A stretch of 63,568 nt of DNA, the filler included, from Sphacelaria rigidula (taxonomy: Eukaryota): assembly GCA_964200075.2 (NCBI GenBank). It is 8 parts of 8 records of this genome, joined end to end, with 100 filler letters (N's around TTAATTAATTAA, not from the genome) between each part and the next. Parts side by side here need not be neighbours in the genome. Positions count along the whole stretch, not along the records: positions 23,878 to 31,736 come from CAXNAA020013202.1; positions 31,837 to 39,694 come from CAXNAA020013203.1; 6 more parts are not named here. One strand, 5' to 3'. Below the pieces are notes generated by a model. The model had not been told where the DNA came from and ran no database searches. It worked only from the letters and a program-made list of their open reading frames with translations. This document shows, one piece after another, positions 25,779 through 37,328 of the stretch. Both the position numbers and the translations under genes were made by a program. How positions within the stretch are numbered: position 1 is the first letter of the stretch; the number at the start of each line of letters is the position of its first letter.

Positions 25779-28700
25779 GAAATACGCCTAATGCCGAGGG
25801 ACGAAGCCGGCACGAAGGGTCCCTTCACGGTGAGAGTTGGGCCCATGTTGGACGCTTCGCTGCTGGATTCTGAGTCTGATGAGCGAGAGATGCAGGGTCG
25901 TCGTCGCTACCGGGTAGACCCCAACCAACATCTCTCCGTCGAAGTGGAATTCAGGCGACAGACTCAGGCAAGTTGATCCGTATTTCGAAATCGAGTCGGG
26001 GTGTCTTGAGCCTCGACTTGCACGGACCCTACGGTAGTAGTGTTGGGACTGATGGATATGTTTATTTCCGGCACTATGTATGTGTATTCATGCATCTTGG
26101 TGGAGAGGTGGTGGTTTTGATAATTCAACCTTCAAGGGCACGCTCCACTCAGGGTGTTCTGCACCACTTAACGACGAGGGATGACAGAGAATCCCACACA
26201 ATTTATGTACCGTACTCATGTTGAAGGCCTGAGACTTGAACTCGTGTTCAAAGTGTAATGCCAGTGCTGTGACCCAGGTGCTGGGACGTCCGATCTGGGC
26301 GAAACGTGTACTGTGTAAGAGAGGCCCTCTCTCACACACAGCAGAACACTGTAACAACTAACACAGGGCATATGGAAGATGACCACGGACAACGGGTACG
26401 TTCCACTATTCCAAGGACGGTGGGTGTTCGGGCTTCTAAAATAGTGGGGTCCCACGTGAACGCGTAGTGCAGGCTGGTTCAGGGGAAGAACCCGAAATAT
26501 TGTTTTGGCAAACGATTTCTTCACACATAACAAAGCGAAATGAGAACCAAGTGTCTACGAATTTCTCGGGATGTAGGAGGAAACGTGACGTGTTCTCCTT
26601 GTCAGTGCTGGCCCGTGGTGGGGATATCAAGGTGTACAGGATTTAGTGTAGGGTAAATATCCGAATACTTTGTTGCACTCGTAAATGCGCTACGTACTTT
26701 TGCACTTGATGCGCACCGCCGATGGTGTTGTGCATCCAGCACAAAGCCATGGAAAGACGGAGCGCGATTCGTAGTCTGCACAGAATTGAGAAGATATCCT
26801 GAGATGAGGTGAGGGGCGTTAAGCCAAACGTAGCACTGCTTGTAGCCAATGGTGTATGTATTCCTCGCCAGATATCCAGCAGCGATGATGCTATGGAAGT
26901 GGTGCAGAATCTCCCAGGGGGTCCTTTGAAGAGTTCAGTAGGTAGCTCATCCGGGCCCATCGCTTTGCCATTAGCCGTAGCTCTCAGGGTCTCCTCAGTT
27001 GCACTTGGGCTCGGCGGGTCTCCAAGTGAAAGCGCTGTCAGTCGTTGTGCGATATCATCGATGACGGCTTGGCCGGTATTTATCCATATGTCATGCAGCA
27101 AAGTGGAGGTTCGCCGAGGGCTGTTGGGTGCGAAGCTACCAAGGAGCTGCACCGAGGCGCACACGATGCTGTGTTCTAGAGTCCGGTGACTTGGGTGGTT
27201 GGAAGCCGACGGTGACATTGCGAACAAGCCTGCGATGAATGTACCGTATGAAGATGTAGTCAATGCGTTCCCTGTTTGCGGGATGATTTGCAATACTCTC
27301 GAACGTACGCAACGTGCCTCCCCTGGGGGTCGGGAAAATCGTGTTGACCAGGGCAAACCTGTTATAACCCGCAAAATGTAGCGAATAGGGGCCGTTGTCG
27401 TTTGCTCGGGAGTCCCGGCCGTATGCCCCTATTAACCACTAGTCATCTCCCACTCTTACCTGGGTCCTAGCGTCAGCATCCATAAAAACAAACAGGTGGT
27501 GATTGTTGGGAAGCTGCACGATGATCGACTCCTTGACCGCCAACCCGATCCCGTGTTGTCCAGCCCTTCCCTTACATTCTCTCACCCTGCAGCAGAAGAC
27601 GCAGTTCCCGCGGCAGCCAACTCAGATCTGCTCGGTTTCGTTGTCTCGTGCAGTTCGATGACGTCACAACCCACCGCTTGACTCTTTTGCAGAACCACCT
27701 CAGCAGGGCTATCCCCTTTCTTTCCCGTAAGGGACAGTGCATGGACGTTTTAGGTCGCCACTTTGAGTTCCCCTATGCGCGGCCTTGCTAATAAGTAGCC
27801 TCATCTGTAACCGCACGCTTTTGTGTTTGTTATGCCCGCCTTTTGGGTCTGTTTCCTCCTTATAATATTACGCGCGAGTTTTGTTTTTCGCCCCGATTTT
27901 TTCTTGGCACGTCGATCGTGGTACTTGCCTTGCGTTTTGGTCTCACGGGGAGGGTTGCAGCCGTCCCAGCTCGCGTCGGCCGCTGGCTCGAGTCCGCCGA
28001 ACCTGGCACATTTTGCACCTGCTTCATCTCCATCGACGTGTTTTCCGTTACAGTGCTCCAACTCTGCGTGAGAGTTGGGTCATTTGAACACTATTTTTCT
28101 CACCATGATGCCCAGTGTCTCGGCAACAGCGTGAACTGACTGCTCTCACTTTTTTGCGGCTTGGTGGTCTTCGCGCTTGGCTCAAAATCGCGTTGTCGAA
28201 ACAAATGGTATGTAATTCCCTTCGTTTGGTCATTAACCACGCACCCCTTTCGAGACGGAGCACCGTTCTTACTCCTTATAGAGACACCTCCAACATTTCG
28301 GCACGACGATTTCGGCAAGGGGGGGGGGCGGGGGTGGCCAGAACCCGTAGAGGCAAAGCCGGAGGGTGACGTCGACTGCAGATTCATGAAGCATGTCGGC
28401 GGTTACAGATTGCCTTCGGTTGTCCTATCAGCTGCTCAGGCCTGCATCACGCAAATGAAGACAAAGATCCAAGGGTGTAAAGACAGTAGCAGCTCTGGAG
28501 GGGAAAGTATTGACGATCACGATCGTCAGTTTCATCGACTTTGCATTGACGATCGGTGACACCTGGTGCTTCTTTCTCACGCAATACCTCAGCCCCTACG
28601 TTTGTGCGTTGCCACCAAGCGCCACTGTTTTTTTTCTCGTGCACTTGGTTCCACACAACAGGCAGGGTTTTGCGGCAAGTGGCTGACGCTCTCTTTCAAA

Positions 28701-31089
28701 AAGGTGGAATCGCCGCCGCCACACTTGCCAAGATTGAATCTGGTGGATCGAATCGAGCGAACGTTCGTGCTGGGTACCAAGCTATTGGCCCAGGCTGTGG
28801 ACGGTGGCACGAATGCGGTGCTGAATTCGGACGCCCCGAGATTTCTACCTCAAGCGCACCGCGAATGGTTCGACAGTGAACAGGCGAGCACTACGAATTC
28901 CCCGTTGCCACAGCTGTAGCACGCAGTCTTGCAATTTCAACAGAAATAGGCAGTTCCACTCTGTACACCGGGGCCGGTGCTCGTTCCCTGCCGTCTGCGA
29001 TCTGAGAGCGACCTTTCTCGTGCTTGATGGCCGGTGTTGGGTGCAACGATTTGCGCACCTACCCTCTGTTTCCCTGCGTTATGTTGGTTACAAATAGACC
29101 CTGACTAGGTAGATGTTGAGTACTCTCTCATCTCAAGTCCGGGCCTCACGTCCCGGAGGGTCTCCCTTAGCTCATGGCACATAGTGACCTATAACCGTCC
29201 CTGGGGAGTTGACAGCTGTCTCGGCCGGAGGGCAGGCCAAGGCGTTATATTTCCTCGTTCCCGATTTGATCCACCTTGCCCGAAATATGAGGCTCGAGAA
29301 CACCAGTAAGTAGCATGTAACGTCGGCAGCTACCCGCTTTGCCTATTCGATTAGACGTTGTGATCCAGTACGGTCTTCATCTTCACGGCGCAAAAACGAT
29401 CCTTCGTCGTGTGGTACTTATTCCCTGTGCGTTGTACCGCAGGGCATCGTGGAAATTCCTCAGGCCAGCAACCCGTTTCATCTCCCGAAACTAAGGGAGC
29501 TGGGATTGTTGGAGTACCAAGTGCCGCAGCAGGTGGAGCAACGGTTCAATCTGTGAGTAAAGAACTGAGAGTAACGTGCGATACCCCCCGGTGCGGTACT
29601 ACGGGCATGAGAATGGCGGGCTCTCATTTACGCATTAGGTCGTCCTCCAATATCAGAAAGTGTGTAGCTCGTGACGCTGCGCTAGTTTTTGCACAAAAAT
29701 CCTAGTCTCGCTGCTAGAATGCATGACCCCGTCATGTGCCCGCCCATGGATGCCGTACTGTACCTTGATCCATTGCGGCGCGCGCTGTACGCGTTGTCCC
29801 TCTCACCCTGCCGAATGCGATGGATCGATAGCGGAGCAAAGTCCAAAGTGCCATGGTTGGTCGCCAGTACGCAAGAGGTGATGCACGTGGCGGGTATGGA
29901 TGTGCGGGGGGGACAGCTGGAGAACTACGTGGCGAGGTTTCAGGTGGGAGCTGCAACAGTGACTGTGTTTTGCTCTGCAGTGTGTTTTTATGTTGTATAT
30001 GTGCCTGTAGATACCGCTTTTGCCGCTCATCTGCGCATGTTGCCCGTCTCGTGATGATGTCTCATAAATATACCTCTCGTCATTTCGCGTCGTACGCGTG
30101 TGTGCAGGCGTTGCTTTGGCTGGAAGAGTGTCAGATGAAGTGGGACGTCAACCAGTACGACTTGCACGACATTAGCATCGACCTCGACGTCAGGAGATAC
30201 AGAGAGGATGATCCCAACAGCACGTGAGCACTGCTATTAGTGTGTGTGTTCCGTAGACATGTGTCATTTCATAAAGTGTGCATTATGTTCTCGCTGTGCC
30301 GCCGAAAGCCGTATGATTGCTAATACATGTTGTGGAATCATATTCAATCTCTGTTTTCCTCCCTGCAGCGTTTTGCCACGACCGTAGGTGTCTAACTAGG
30401 TGTGAACTGGGAGATTTGTATCTCTCCACCTAGACGGGGAAAACCGACTGCACCGGGATGCACGCAGGCCCTGTCGCGGTAGCTTTTCGCTGCATTAACT
30501 TCTTAAGCTGAGGGATGTCCGATCACCTAGCGTCCGCTATTCGGGCATGCAGTACCCCTCTCATGGACTTAGCACCTCGCGTTCCCAAAGTCGTCCCCAT
30601 TTGTCCGCCCTACTCGAGTACACACCCACCGCTCCCTCGTCCACCTTCTCTTAACTCTTGATGCTTTCGACGTCGTCCACCCCCTATCGTGAGTCAGTGA
30701 ATATACTCACACAGTATTCAGTGAACCTCTGATGCACGTTTAGTTCGTCAGACTTGCCTCCAACCTGCATAATAGTGCTCATCTGATGCTCCCGTTTGAT
30801 GATGCACAGATTGGTGGCTCGCGTGTCAGTCCCCGGTGTAATGGAGAGCCGGCCCAGGCTAGCCATCGGCGACGTGGTGAGGCTCCGACCCCCGGCCCTC
30901 AAACAGACACTCAACCACTCCAGCACCAACGTCGACACCAGCACAGACGCCATCTCTGACGGCAGTGTCGCAGACTCCCACGACCCTAGCGCTGGGGCCA
31001 GCGGCGGTGGTATGCGGGCGGGGCAGGCGGGATGGAATGGGGTCCGACACGGTCTTGCGGTAGCGGGTGAACCTGCGTTCGAAGTGAAG
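25779..31089 (+). CDS. Partial MOV10/SDE3/Armitage-like SF1 RNA helicase (region N-terminal to the helicase core)
   Basis: Phase-compatible exons: 25779-25967, 28662-28883, 29443-29552, ~29718-29943, 30108-30223 and 30810-31089. The joined peptide contains [34 protein letters not shown] and [19 protein letters not shown], matching the MOV10/SDE3 pattern NY..F..LL..EE...YD...VPGL.E.RP.L..GD. The helicase motifs lie beyond the contig end. Confidence 0.8.
26640..27790 (-). mobile_element. Degenerate, internally deleted LINE (RTE-like) in a helicase intron
   Basis: Endonuclease N-terminus ELKVAT*NV..L...[10 protein letters not shown] at ~27640-27775, and the pre-RT motif [17 protein letters not shown] at ~26925-26975. 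Confidence 0.8.
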
Positions 31090-32999
31090 GTACGGTGTTT
31101 GATGCCGCGTATTTTGGTGGGTGGAGCGCCATAACACAGCGAGGAAAGGGTGTCGGGTGTAGCCGAGATGTGCGAAAGGCATCACTTTGCTTGGAAACAT
31201 TGTACTTGTCAGGAGAATCTAACCTCGATTCTGCTCGTACGGCATGGCCCACGCAACAAAAATCCGTCGTTCATGCGGCACGGGTTAGAGCGTACATATT
31301 TTGCCGCCCGTCGTTCGTACTGCTCGAGTCAAATGGACGTCTTTTCCACGTGTGGTTCGTGCGGCATGAATCGTCATACGTACATTCCATTCCATAGCGC
31401 GAATGGGACACATAAGTTCCCCTCGTGTGATTCGTGCAGCACCTATCGAACGTACAGCTTGCTCAAGAGCGATGCGTGTCGGAACGTATCGTACGATGTA
31501 TGAAGCAAGGACAAAATGTCCCCCGCAGATGTACAATGATAAGTAACCCAGAGAGAAGTGCATTCCCATATTTTCCATCGTTTTCGGGAGCCACAAGTTG
31601 CCCTACAACGACGCGTCCTTGCATCACGGCTACACAATAAATAACCCATTCCCCCCCTTCCCGCCCTGTCTCGAAAGGGATGCGTGGTCAATGGTCAAAT
31701 GACTAAGGCAAGCAACAAATGAGTACGCCCCCCCCCNNNNNNNNNNNNNNNNNNNNNNNNNNNNNNNNNNNNNNNNNNNNTTAATTAATTAANNNNNNNN
31801 NNNNNNNNNNNNNNNNNNNNNNNNNNNNNNNNNNNNGTGCTCCGTCCCGGCATTGTGGGGATGCGAGGTCAATGGTCTGATGAATATGGCGTGCATGATC
31901 ATGATTACACCCCCCTCCCCCCTCCTCCCCCCGAGTGTTTTGGAGGGCGGGCAGCGTCCTTGGATCCTTGTACAACCTTCACACATTCAACTACAACGTT
32001 GAGACTTCGATGCAAAAATTGTAATTTCCAACTTGGTGTCAAAATTGGGGGTAAGGGTGATTTTCAACCCGAACATCAACTTAAAAGTGTAAGTTTTGCC
32101 TCTCTGAACGTGAAGCAATCTGCTTGAGTCAACGCATAGTAGCCTACCCACAGAGTGCACAGCCTTTTCTTTTTTGCGGGGTCAGATATCAGACAATGTC
32201 AAAACAAATCTGCATACAGGTATAGATTTCCGGCGTGAAACGTGTGCTCTTTAGGTCGTTGGGTCACTTGCACCTCGCACTTTGTAGCTGGAACTGCTTG
32301 TACTGTACTACCGCTCCGGTGGTCGCATCCCAGGGCAGCCAAGCACGCAAGATGTACTGCAGCTCCTGCGCCAACAACTTTTCACGCGAGAGAGCAGGGC
32401 AGCAAGGGCGTCCTACGCAGCGTGCACGTGTGCTTCTTGCGTTTTGGTGCAATTGTGTACATACTTGCGATGCTGCGGATACGTTACCACTAGTGAACTT
32501 CTGCCGAGGCGGGCACACCCTCGGTGGGTTCTGTATGCAACATGCGCACACGTGCACAGTCGCGATCAAGCCGCGGCAGCATGGCCTCGATATGGCGGGC
32601 AAGATAACAGTAGTGCTGCTACGGTGGCAAGAGCACGACATTGGGCTGTGCCGTACATACCATCGGGATTGATTGCTGGGGTTCACGGGGGATCACGCAC
32701 CTCTCGGCAAGTTGAAAACACAACGCATTCTAATAGTAATGTAAATTGGATGGCGGTTATATCAGTATGAAGATACCACAGACCTCTGAACAGAAGATCA
32801 ACCACCTTCGCGGTTCAGTAAGCACATCGCCCCTTGTGAGACTAAAAACCGCTGTACCAACCATTGAAAAAAAGGTCCGTGAACGTGCGCGGTACTCAGG
32901 TTTCCATGAAGCCAAACATCAGTGGGAGACGCATCCAATCTACACAAAACTCGTGTTCGCAGACGTGTCTTGGAATTTGGTTCTAAAAACATAACGTAC

Positions 33000-33590
33000 C
33001 GCGTTTTTTTATCCGCTGTTGTACGCCGATGCACCACTTTTTCTGGTGAGTTTCGTGAACTACGGCTCCTACGGTCAAGATCCGGGCTCTTCGCTATCAA
33101 AGAGTTCAACCAGAGTTGGAGGCTCGAATTGACAATTGTTCCAGCATCTCCACAATTAGCACCGACACGCTCGTGAAGTGGGCGCCTGAAGCCAACACGG
33201 CGTTGACCGATATAGCTCCCCGCGCCCGTTGATCGGGCAGATATAACTCGGCAGGGACATGATTGTCTTGGTCCTCGACCGGCACCGGCTCCGCAGACTG
33301 ATGGATCGTAATCCCCACTTGGCGCCACGGCTGCACGCTCGGCGCATCCATAGACGCCCCCGCTGGCGTCACCGGCACCGCCGGCGGGTACGAAGCCCCG
33401 CCCGCAGAGCCAAATTTCAGCTGAAAACCGGCCGGCTCCGCAGCCGGCGTCTCGCCTTGCTCTGCTGCCGGCGGCGCCGGCACCGAGCCCGACACTAGAG
33501 AGGTCGGTCCCACCTGCACCGCCCGTTGCGGAGCAGCAGCCCCTGCGGCTGAACCGAACCCAGAACCGGACCCCTGCTGACGCCGCTGCC

Positions 33591-33634
<44 letters not shown>

Positions 33635-34680
33635 GAACTCGGCTGTGCACCTCCACCGCTGGAGGATCCGCCGCTGCCGCCACCACGACTACCTCGTCTT
33701 TTGTGATTGCGAGGGTACGCGGCACTCGTCTGCCCAGACTCCCCCGCAAAAGGCGTTGGGCACTTCCGTGCGATGTGACCGACCTGGCCACACTGAAAGC
33801 AAGTAAAATTGGAGGCGGCACTGCCTGCGGATTTGATCCGTGGTTACGCGAGCTCGAAGACTGCGGCGACGAAGTGGATGATTTCCCGAATACTTCGACC
33901 CGCCGCCATGCCTGAGCTTCAGCCACCACGCTATCCATGACTAAATACGGGTCCGACTTCCAATTTGTTTCGTGCTGTAGCTATACAAGCACGGCCTGCT
34001 TAGATTCCGCCGGTGCCAGACCCTCCACCATCGCTTTCGTGACCACCGCAGCGGGCCCTGGGCGAAATTTCCCATCGGACGAACGATAAATCATTTCCAC
34101 GTTGGGATTTTCCGAAAAATACGTCTCCAACTTACCCATTATGGACTCCACCCTCTCACCCATGGTCCTTCCCTTGTGGTTCATTGCGACAGCCTTCGCC
34201 ACGGCCGCGGACGCCTGAGTAAGCTCTACCTCCGCTCCTGCCACATGCCCTGCGTGCTTCTTTATCGCTGCGGCCAACTGCAGGGGCGTTATGGTATGTT
34301 TTTTGTGGAACCTTCTCGCGAAGACGCGCTGCAAGGGGGTAAGCACCAGTTGCGCCATAGAAACCACCTGATGCCTCACCGCACCCCCTGCATTCGCGTG
34401 CTCCACCCTCCTTTTGTATTCCATGTTTTTCGTTTAAAACTATCGAGAGGCACCCTCAGAACACAGACTCCCGTAACGGGGCGGCCGCAACTCTTCCCTT
34501 GGAACGATAGGGGTTGCGGTCGTTTCCGCGGGCTCTACTGCCGGTATCTCAGCAGTCGACATTCTCGAGCGGAAAATCGAAGATTTGTGAAACCTTTTCG
34601 AACTTCAGATCACACCTGCTTTCTTCGCCGCTCCACACAGCTCTGGGATCCTATAAACACCCGCTGTACGCAGCTCCAGT
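33000..34680 (-). mobile_element. Degenerate Ty3/gypsy-type gag-protease remnant
   Basis: Gag-like ORF 33981-34424; frameshifted CCHC knuckle CFQCGQVGHIARKC (~33760-33802); Gln-rich linker (CTG repeat ~33592-33633); aspartic-protease-like VNAVLASGAHFTSVS (~33165-33210) with the catalytic D replaced by A. No RT or integrase is seen, and the boundaries are approximate. Confidence 0.72.
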
Positions 34681-35464
34681 AAGTCTCCAGTCTAGATCAA
34701 TCACGGGCCAGCCGCCTTTGCAGCTACCTCAGCTTGAAGCCTCCTCACCCGTCCGTGAAGCTCTATGCCCGAAGTTAATCACAAGCTGTCCAGACGTCTC
34801 CCTGCTGAAAATTTTAGCAGTCTCAAACGATAGCTCCTACTAGCACGCCTGCACTAGCACTAATATCGATGTTGTGACGCTAGCAGGTTGCCAGTACTGC
34901 AGCGTCTAAATGCTGTTGAGGGACTCCCCAGTTCCACTAGCCTCAAGGTCTCAGTTGTCAGCCTTCACAACACCTTATCATTACCGGAGTGAAAACCTGC
35001 AACGCCGTACCATCAGGCCTGGGCTACACAGCAAGGGTCGTCATCCACAGGATGTCCTTGTCCCAGGGTCATCATCCAGGACCCACTATATACTCAACCG
35101 TGACGGCGTGATTTCGCCACAGTCTAGAAGAAGTTACGTGAGGGATGGGGTTAGGGCTAGGAGGCTTCACTTGGAGATCTAGTCTCATACATAGGTTCGA
35201 TATTTCACGACAAGCTTCACTTTCCGTGACGAGAAACGTCCTATGTATCAAGTTAAATTTGAAGTTACTATCACCTGCCCATGACACCTTTTATAACTCC
35301 ATGGTTCAAAATTCAAGTGGACGTTCAACATTTCAATTGCAGGTTCGACATGTCAAGTTCGAGAGTCCGCTATCTTGTTGAATCTCTATGTAGCGGTTCA
35401 ACGAAGGTTCATTTAAGTTGAAGTCATGATAAATATGGCATAGTGTGCGGAAGTAAGTTTCTTC

Positions 35465-35720
35465 CACTAGGAGCTTGTGGTGAGCAGTGCGCAGACTCTC
35501 GAAGTCCTTTGAGCGCAGCGTCCACACAGCACGCCTGTATAGCATAACTTTCACCGTCCCCGCCATGAAGAGCCGGATCGTGAGCGACAGCGGAGCGGTG
35601 GGTCGATTGAAGAATCGAGGGCTACACCGAAATGACGGGTGCACGCGCAGTGCTAATGCCGTGCGTGATTTCCGTGGAAACGTCAGTGTTTTCGCTGATA
35701 GTGTTACCAACGTGAACACA
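35465..35720 (-). mobile_element. LINE (RTE-like) RT C-terminal fragment
   Basis: ...LSLTIRLFMAGTVKVMLYRRAVWTLRSKDFESLRTAHHKLL resembles the K.RL...V...LLYG...W.L region of RTE-clade RTs. Confidence 0.65.
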
Positions 35721-35779
35721 CTCGGCCATATATTCGTACTGTTGATCTATTTTTACCGTCGGGGGGGACGTTCGTGCAG

Positions 35780-37328
35780 GAGTCCGATGGCGGGGTGTTC
35801 TTCGTGGAGAGCGGATCGTCAGCTCAGTTCATGGTGCCCATGGCTTTCGACCATAACTCCGTGTCAGCCGGGTATTCGGGAGGAGCGGTCTACGCCGGCG
35901 GCAAGGTGAGCAACGCACTACTATACGCAAGCAGGCTGAGAAAACGGTAAATGTCTCTGACTGACTATTACATCATCTCGCGACGCGTATCATGCGACGG
36001 GTAGTACTGCACTTGACTCAGGGGGGGGCAGGCAGTCATCGAATAAGCTTGGAACGGCACCGAGGAGGACAAAACGTGCGGCGTGTTGATTCTTATCGCA
36101 TATTGAACTCAGCGCGATTGCTGCGAGGGGGGAACGGACGGTGGTTTCTACGTACAATGCATACAGTGGTATACCTTAACTCTTGTTTTCACTTTCGGTG
36201 GATTTCTCCTACCTTACTGGAAGGTGTCTTTCGACCATAGCGTCGTTTTCAAGGAGAACCAGGCATTGAGCGACGGAGACTACGATGCGGGCAACGGCGG
36301 CGCGATCGCTATCGGCGAGGATGGAGAGGTGGTCTTTCACGACTTTTCGTACTTCCAAGGCAATATCGCCAACAGCGGGGGTGACGGTGGCGCGATGGCG
36401 AACCTCGGCTCTGTTGTGTTCGGGAGGGAGAGTTACTTCGAAAGCAACGCTGCATTCGGTGAATAAATATACACCACATATATATGTGTGTGTGCGTGTA
36501 TGTTTGTGTATCGCATGGGGTTGGGCGTTTGAAGGTATGATGGCATATGTTTGTGTGATTCGGTCATTTAATCTCTAACGCACGGAAGTGCGCTTGTCAT
36601 CTATTCAGAGAGCGAAGATTAGATGAGCGTTGGTACAACGCCCATCTCCACGAATAGTTGCATCTATTGTATATGTCGACCAGAGTCGACACTTGGCGTG
36701 CTATCGATAAGTTATACTAAAGTTTCGATCGGGAGCAAAGGTGCCACAATGAGCTCTCTACACACAATTATTACCCGGTTCCAGCTCGCCCCTGTCTCCC
36801 ATTTTCATTCTTTGCTCAGAGAACGGAGATGGGCTAGGTGCTCAGGGCGGAGCAATATTCACCGGAGAGGTTTCCACCACCATGTTCGAGCGCCGAACCA
36901 GCATGCATCTCAACGAGGCTAGTAGTGGTGGCGCGCTGTACAACCTCGGCGTAACCACTCTCGGAAGTGCAGGGTTCATCAGGGGCAACAGGGCGAAGGT
37001 CAGGAGTAGTGATTAGCGTTGCATAGTTCGCCTCTTTTGCGCCCGCAGAACCTTCTCCTGTGAAACGTAGTCGGGATCAAAGACACCAGTTTTGTTTTCG
37101 CAAAATCATTGGTACCATGCATGTATGCTGAACCAAGGGTCATACTATAGTTCGTGACCGCTCCCCACATCCCGACTGAGGTGAATCAACCTGATAAATG
37201 AATCCGACTGCCTTGGTGGTCACGATGGCCAGGGCAATGACAGAGCGGACGGTGGCCACATCTACACGAACGGGATGCTTTACTTCGTCGGCAGAGTCAA
37301 CCTACGCGAGGGTGGCGCCAATCGCGAT
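35780..37328 (+). CDS. Partial Pmp-like (polymorphic membrane protein, beta-helix repeat) surface protein
   Basis: GT-AG exons in compatible phases: 35780-35905 (ESDGGVFFV...FDHNSVSAGYSGGAVYAGGK), 36224-36458 (FKENQA..GNGGAIAI..FQGNIANSGGDGGAMANLG..FESNAA), 36820-36998 (QGGAIFT..NEASSGGALYNLG..GNRAK) and 37233-37328 (DGGHIYTNG). The FxxN and GGA(I/L/V/M) motifs alternate. The first and last exons were not located. Confidence 0.85.

Noticed and set aside
32235-32686. Cys-rich ORFs on both strands
   Set aside because: There is no recognisable zinc-finger spacing, signal peptide or splice context.
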